Below, in pieces: positions 59,667 through 64,000 of a stretch of DNA of 64,000 nt (the stretch's first letter is position 1; each line of letters starts with the position of its first letter). The stretch is from Eledone cirrhosa (taxonomy: Eukaryota): assembly GCA_964016885.1 (NCBI GenBank), contig OZ024741.1, forward strand, positions 198,152,001 to 198,216,000, in the 5' to 3' direction. Under the pieces are notes generated by a model that did not search any database, had not been told where the DNA came from, and was given only the letters and a program-made list of their open reading frames with translations. The translations under genes were made by a program, and so were the position numbers.

Positions 59667-61029
59667 ATATATATATATATATTATATATATCAGTGAATT
59701 AGGCGTGTGCGTATGTGTGTGAGTGTGCACGTGGAGGCATGTGTGTGTGTGTGAGTATGTGACAGCGTGTGTGTGTTTGATGGTGTGTAATTATTTCTCG
59801 TTTTGAATGTAAATATGACAATGCCGTACGCTAATATATAAATATTTACGTATATTAATGCTTCTATGTTTGTATGTGCATGGGTGTGTGGATGATTTAA
59901 GTAAATATTCATATGAACATGATCTACGCGTGCTGTCCCAAAATTATATAAATGAGTATATCAGCTAGACACACGTTACAGTTTTATTTCAGTTTTATGT
60001 TGATATAATTTTAAATGTTTCGAAATCAACGCAGCACATTATCCATACTTAGCACATACTTTCTATTACAAACATGTGTGTGTGTGGGGGGGGGGGTCTT
60101 GAAAGCATATGTTATGGTGTATGCATGTATGTTTGTAACACTATGCATGGATGCAAGTCCTTTAAAAGATATATACATAAATACATAAATACATATATAC
60201 ATATATACATATATACAAGTATACTTAGATACACATACAATTACACATATGTATTCCGATTCCCGCTAGATTTGTAACTAATAGTTAGAGTTCAATCATG
60301 ATACTATGCAAATCCTTGTTTTCTGAGATAAGACATGTATGTATGTATGTATGTATGTATGTATGTATGTATGTATGTATGTATGTATGTATGTATGTCA
60401 GGTCACCAGTTGGTGCTACTGGTAACATGTATCCCAGTACAACCTGTCTCATGGTCGGGTCGTTGGCGACTAAACTGGCAACCCCACCAAGGTTTCTTGG
60501 TGAGGAGGGTGACTTTGAACATCCTGCAGGACTAAAAACAAAACCTGTCAAAGGGCAAAGGAGCTCTTAAGAGTCAGTGGCAATCCAAAATCACCGGGAG
60601 AGATGACCCCTTAGCCTTTGTCAAGCAGAATTCTAGGAGAATGAAAACTCTGATATAACACCTGCAACCCTGATGGTATCCAATGATGTTGACTTGTTCT
60701 TCTTTTTGGTAAATATCATCTTGATCAAGAGAGTGGGACTGGCTTTGTGCAGTGCCTTTGCTCACTATAAAAGCTTCACGGCACAGGCATTGCTTTATAT
60801 CTGGAGATCACTCTGCACTTGTCGTCACATGGTACCATGGGCCCAGCGCTATGTGTCAATAATTGTCACAAGTATGGTGTTTGTACCAGAGTTTTCAAGT
60901 CGCTGGCTGGACTAAAAAGTCACACTCGTTCAGCGCATCGGTAGGGGTTCTCCTACATGGATATAAAGTAGTGGCCGTACTCGAAAACGAGTTGGCAGCC
61001 ACCATGTATGTATGTATGTATGTATGTAT

Positions 61030-63366
61030 GCAGAGAAGAATACGTTGCATGAGGAGCTCAGGGATGTAAAATCACGTGTTAGGCGGAGTCTTTCTCAGAT
61101 GAAGGATCAGTGGTGGAGTGAGAAGGCTGGTGAGATACAAACTGCGTCTGATTGCAATAACACAAAGCTGTTGTACAGTCTCTTGCGTGAGGTTTATGGA
61201 CCGTCTTCTTCTCTGGTGACACCGATTCGCAGCAAGGATAGCAAAGAACTTCTTCGTGACTCACAGGGAATTCTACGAAGGTGGCGAGAGCACTTTGATG
61301 ATCTTTTGAATCAGCCGTCTGTCGTCAGTGAAGATTTCCTCAATCTCATTCCGGAAAGTCCTGTGAAAGTAGCTCTCGCAGAACCTCCGACACTTGTGGA
61401 GGTTGCAGTGGCTATTTCGAAGCTGAACAGTGGAAGATCTCCAGGTATGGATGGCATACATGCTGAGCTCCTGCAATATGGTGGTGAGAGACTCCTGCAA
61501 CATCTTCACTCTCTGTTTGGAAGGATATGGGCTAATGAATCCGTGCCTGAGGACTGGAGAGATGCAGTAATGGTGGTCTTGTACAAGGGAAAGGGTAACA
61601 GGAATGATTGTGGGAACTACAGAGGTATATCATTGCTTTCTGTCGTGGGGAAAGTTTTATGTAGGGTGCTTCTGGACCGTCTGCTGACACACATTGCAGA
61701 TTGTGTCCTTCCTGAAAGTCAATCTGGTTTTCGTGTTGGACGCGGCACTACTGATATGATCTTCTCAGCTAGACAGCTCCAGGAGAAGTGCATTGAACAG
61801 GGCTTGGATCTGTATCAGGTTTTTGTCGATCTGACAAAGGCTTTCGATACTGTCAACAGAGATGCATTATGGAAGGTTCTCCAGAAACTTGGTTGCCCTG
61901 ATAAGTTCCTTGCTTTAGTTAGGTCTTTCCATGACGACATGAAGGCTTGGGTTAATGTCGGAGGTAACATGTCGGAGCCTATCTCAGTAAAAAATGGAGT
62001 GAAACAGGGGGATATTCCAGCACCGACCCTGTTTGCCATATACTTTGCAATGGTTTTCTGTATTGCATTCAGGAATTGCGAGCATGGTGTTTACATCCGA
62101 TATCGAACCTCAGGCAGCATATTTAACATCAGGCGCTTTGCTGCGAAGACAAAAGTATTTACATCAGTCATAAGAGACCTCTTGTATGCAGATGATTGCG
62201 ATCTTGTAGCGCACACAGAGAGTGATATGCAGCACATTTTGAATGTATTTTCTGACGCTTGCACTGCCCTGGGTTTGACTGTCAGTCTCAAGAAAACCGT
62301 CGTCATGTACCAACCTGCACCTGGTAGGCAGTACACTGAACCAAACATCTATGTGTATGGCAAACGACTTGGAGTGGTTGATCAGTTTGTCTACCTGGGA
62401 AGCACTGTCAATCGATACGGCAACCTTGACAGTGAAATCTCACTTAGGATTAGGAGGGCAAGTGATGCTTTCGGAAAGCTAGAAAGGCGACTCTGGGGTC
62501 GGCGAGACATATGCAGGAGGACAAAGGTAAGGGTGTACAGGGCATGTGTACTCTCTTGTCTTCTTTATGCCTGCGAGACCTGGGTCACATATCGACGCCA
62601 CCTTAAGCAATTGGAGCGTTTCCATCAGATGTGTCTCAGACGGATACATGGCGTTCGCTGGAGGGACCACATCAGTGATGTCGAGATTTTGGAAAGCTCT
62701 ATGTGTGACAGTATAGAAGCTCTTGTGCTTAAGCAGCGACTCCGTTGGAGTGGTCACCTTGCCAGGATGAAGGATTCTAGAATACCAAAACAACTCTTCT
62801 ATGGAGAGTTGGTTAAAGGAAAACGACCGCCACATAAACCAAAAAAGAGGTATAAGGATTCCTTGAAGGCCTCTCTGAAAGACGCTAACATCTCTGCTGA
62901 TACATGGGAAAATATTGCTGCTGATCGTAATAAATGGAGAAAGACTGTATATGAGGGAAAAGTTGCCTTTGAGGCATCTCGAATCGCACACGAGAAAGTA
63001 AAGCGGGACGTGAGGAAGGGTATTGCTGTTGCACTTCCAGACGGCGAGGGTCCTCCTATGTTTCTGACATGCAGCGTCTGTGCGAGACTCTGCCTAAGCA
63101 AAGCTGGACTCGAAAGTCATCTTCGCAGTCATAAAGTAAGACCAGTGGTTGACTACCAGGCTGCTGTTGGAGATGCTACTCATCATGCTTGCCAAACATG
63201 TGGTAGAGAATGTAAATCAGCAGGAGGACTCAAGCGACATGCAAAAGTACACGAACTCCAACCACAGCCGACTATTCCCAGTAAATGTTTTGGTTGCCGA
63301 CTCTGTGCAAGACATTTTAGATCATTGGCTGGGCTAAAAAGCCACATTCGATCGCAGCAGTGTTAG
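61030..63366 (+). CDS. RTE-clade LINE ORF (RT plus three C-terminal C2H2 zinc fingers), 5'-truncated, with an uninterrupted frame
   Basis: SPGMDGIHAE, NYRGISLL, LPESQSGFR, FVDLTKAFDTV, GVKQGD, LYADD, LRWSGHLARM and three Cx2C…Hx3H-type motifs (the last incomplete). No APE domain. The ORF-track start MYVCMY is (TATG)n read-through. Confidence 0.92.
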   Translation, partial: AEKNTLHEELRDVKSRVRRSLSQMKDQWWSEKAGEIQTASDCNNTKLLYSLLREVYGPSSSLVTPIRSKDSKELLRDSQGILRRWREHFDDLLNQPSVVSEDFLNLIPESPVKVALAEPPTLVEVAVAISKLNSGRSPGMDGIHAELLQYGGERLLQHLHSLFGRIWANESVPEDWRDAVMVVLYKGKGNRNDCGNYRGISLLSVVGKVLCRVLLDRLLTHIADCVLPESQSGFRVGRGTTDMIFSARQLQEKCIEQGLDLYQVFVDLTKAFDTVNRDALWKVLQKLGCPDKFLALVRSFHDDMKAWVNVGGNMSEPISVKNGVKQGDIPAPTLFAIYFAMVFCIAFRNCEHGVYIRYRTSGSIFNIRRFAAKTKVFTSVIRDLLYADDCDLVAHTESDMQHILNVFSDACTALGLTVSLKKTVVMYQPAPGRQYTEPNIYVYGKRLGVVDQFVYLGSTVNRYGNLDSEISLRIRRASDAFGKLERRLWGRRDICRRTKVRVYRACVLSCLLYACETWVTYRRHLKQLERFHQMCLRRIHGVRWRDHISDVEILESSMCDSIEALVLKQRLRWSGHLARMKDSRIPKQLFYGELVKGKRPPHKPKKRYKDSLKASLKDANISADTWENIAADRNKWRKTVYEGKVAFEASRIAHEKVKRDVRKGIAVALPDGEGPPMFLTCSVCARLCLSKAGLESHLRSHKVRPVVDYQAAVGDATHHACQTCGRECKSAGGLKRHAKVHELQPQPTIPSKCFGCRLCARHFRSLAGLKSHIRSQQC

Positions 63367-63374
63367 TTGCTATC

Positions 63375-63412
<38 letters not shown>

Positions 63413-63491
63413 GCTTATGTGCGTGCGTGTGTGTGTATATATATATGAATATGTATATTATTATTGTTGTTGTCGTTATTATTATTATTGC

Positions 63492-63528
<37 letters not shown>

Positions 63529-63650
63529 GTTATTAATGTATGTGTGTATATATGTGTGAGTGTATGTGTATGTATGTGTGTGTGTATATATGTATGTATG
63601 TGTATGTATGTGTGTGTGTATATATATGTGTATATATATATGTATGTATA

Positions 63651-63683
<33 letters not shown>

Positions 63684-63710
63684 CTTTTCCCTTTTTTTTT
63701 TTTTTTTTTT

Positions 63711-63758
<48 letters not shown>

Positions 63759-64000
63759 TTTTTTTTTTTTTTTTTTTTTTTTATTGTGCAATGGCCATAC
63801 TCGATAACGAGGGGGCAGCCATCATGTATGTATGTATGATTGTTGCCAACAATCTCTTTGTAAGGACTTGGGGTGCGATGAAAAATGTTCGTCAGCGATT
63901 TGGAAGGAAGTTCTCGAACGGAGCAGGTGCATGAGTATAGAGAGCATGATCTTTCGGCGTCGGTTGAGGTGGTGCGGTCACGTGGTCCGGATGTCTGATG

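Overview
AT-rich, microsatellite-saturated eukaryotic repeat region, probably from a coleoid cephalopod such as Octopus (inferred from the SINE types and microsatellite density, not verified). No host protein-coding gene can be supported, and most listed ORFs are microsatellite read-through. The window holds a decayed Helitron (Rep/helicase) and a non-autonomous Helitron, several Penelope-like elements (PLEs; RT and GIY-YIG) with direct or inverted pseudo-LTRs, an R4/Dong-like RLE LINE in (CATA)n, a young 5'-truncated RTE LINE with three C-terminal C2H2 fingers, a Tx1-like 3' fragment, hAT-like MITEs, tRNA-derived SINEs, a 28-bp minisatellite and a 200-N gap. Reading both strands gave about 20 type I hammerhead ribozyme (HHR) motifs, intact or degenerate, including U3:A8 core variants. 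The main finding is a 256-nt ungapped inverted repeat (29635-29890 / 30518-30773, extending inward to about 350 nt). By manual count 77 of its 78 differences have one polarity, so they all form G-U wobbles in the minus-strand RNA, which also carries an HHR. This fits an ADAR-hyper-edited hairpin RNA that was reverse-transcribed back into the genome.
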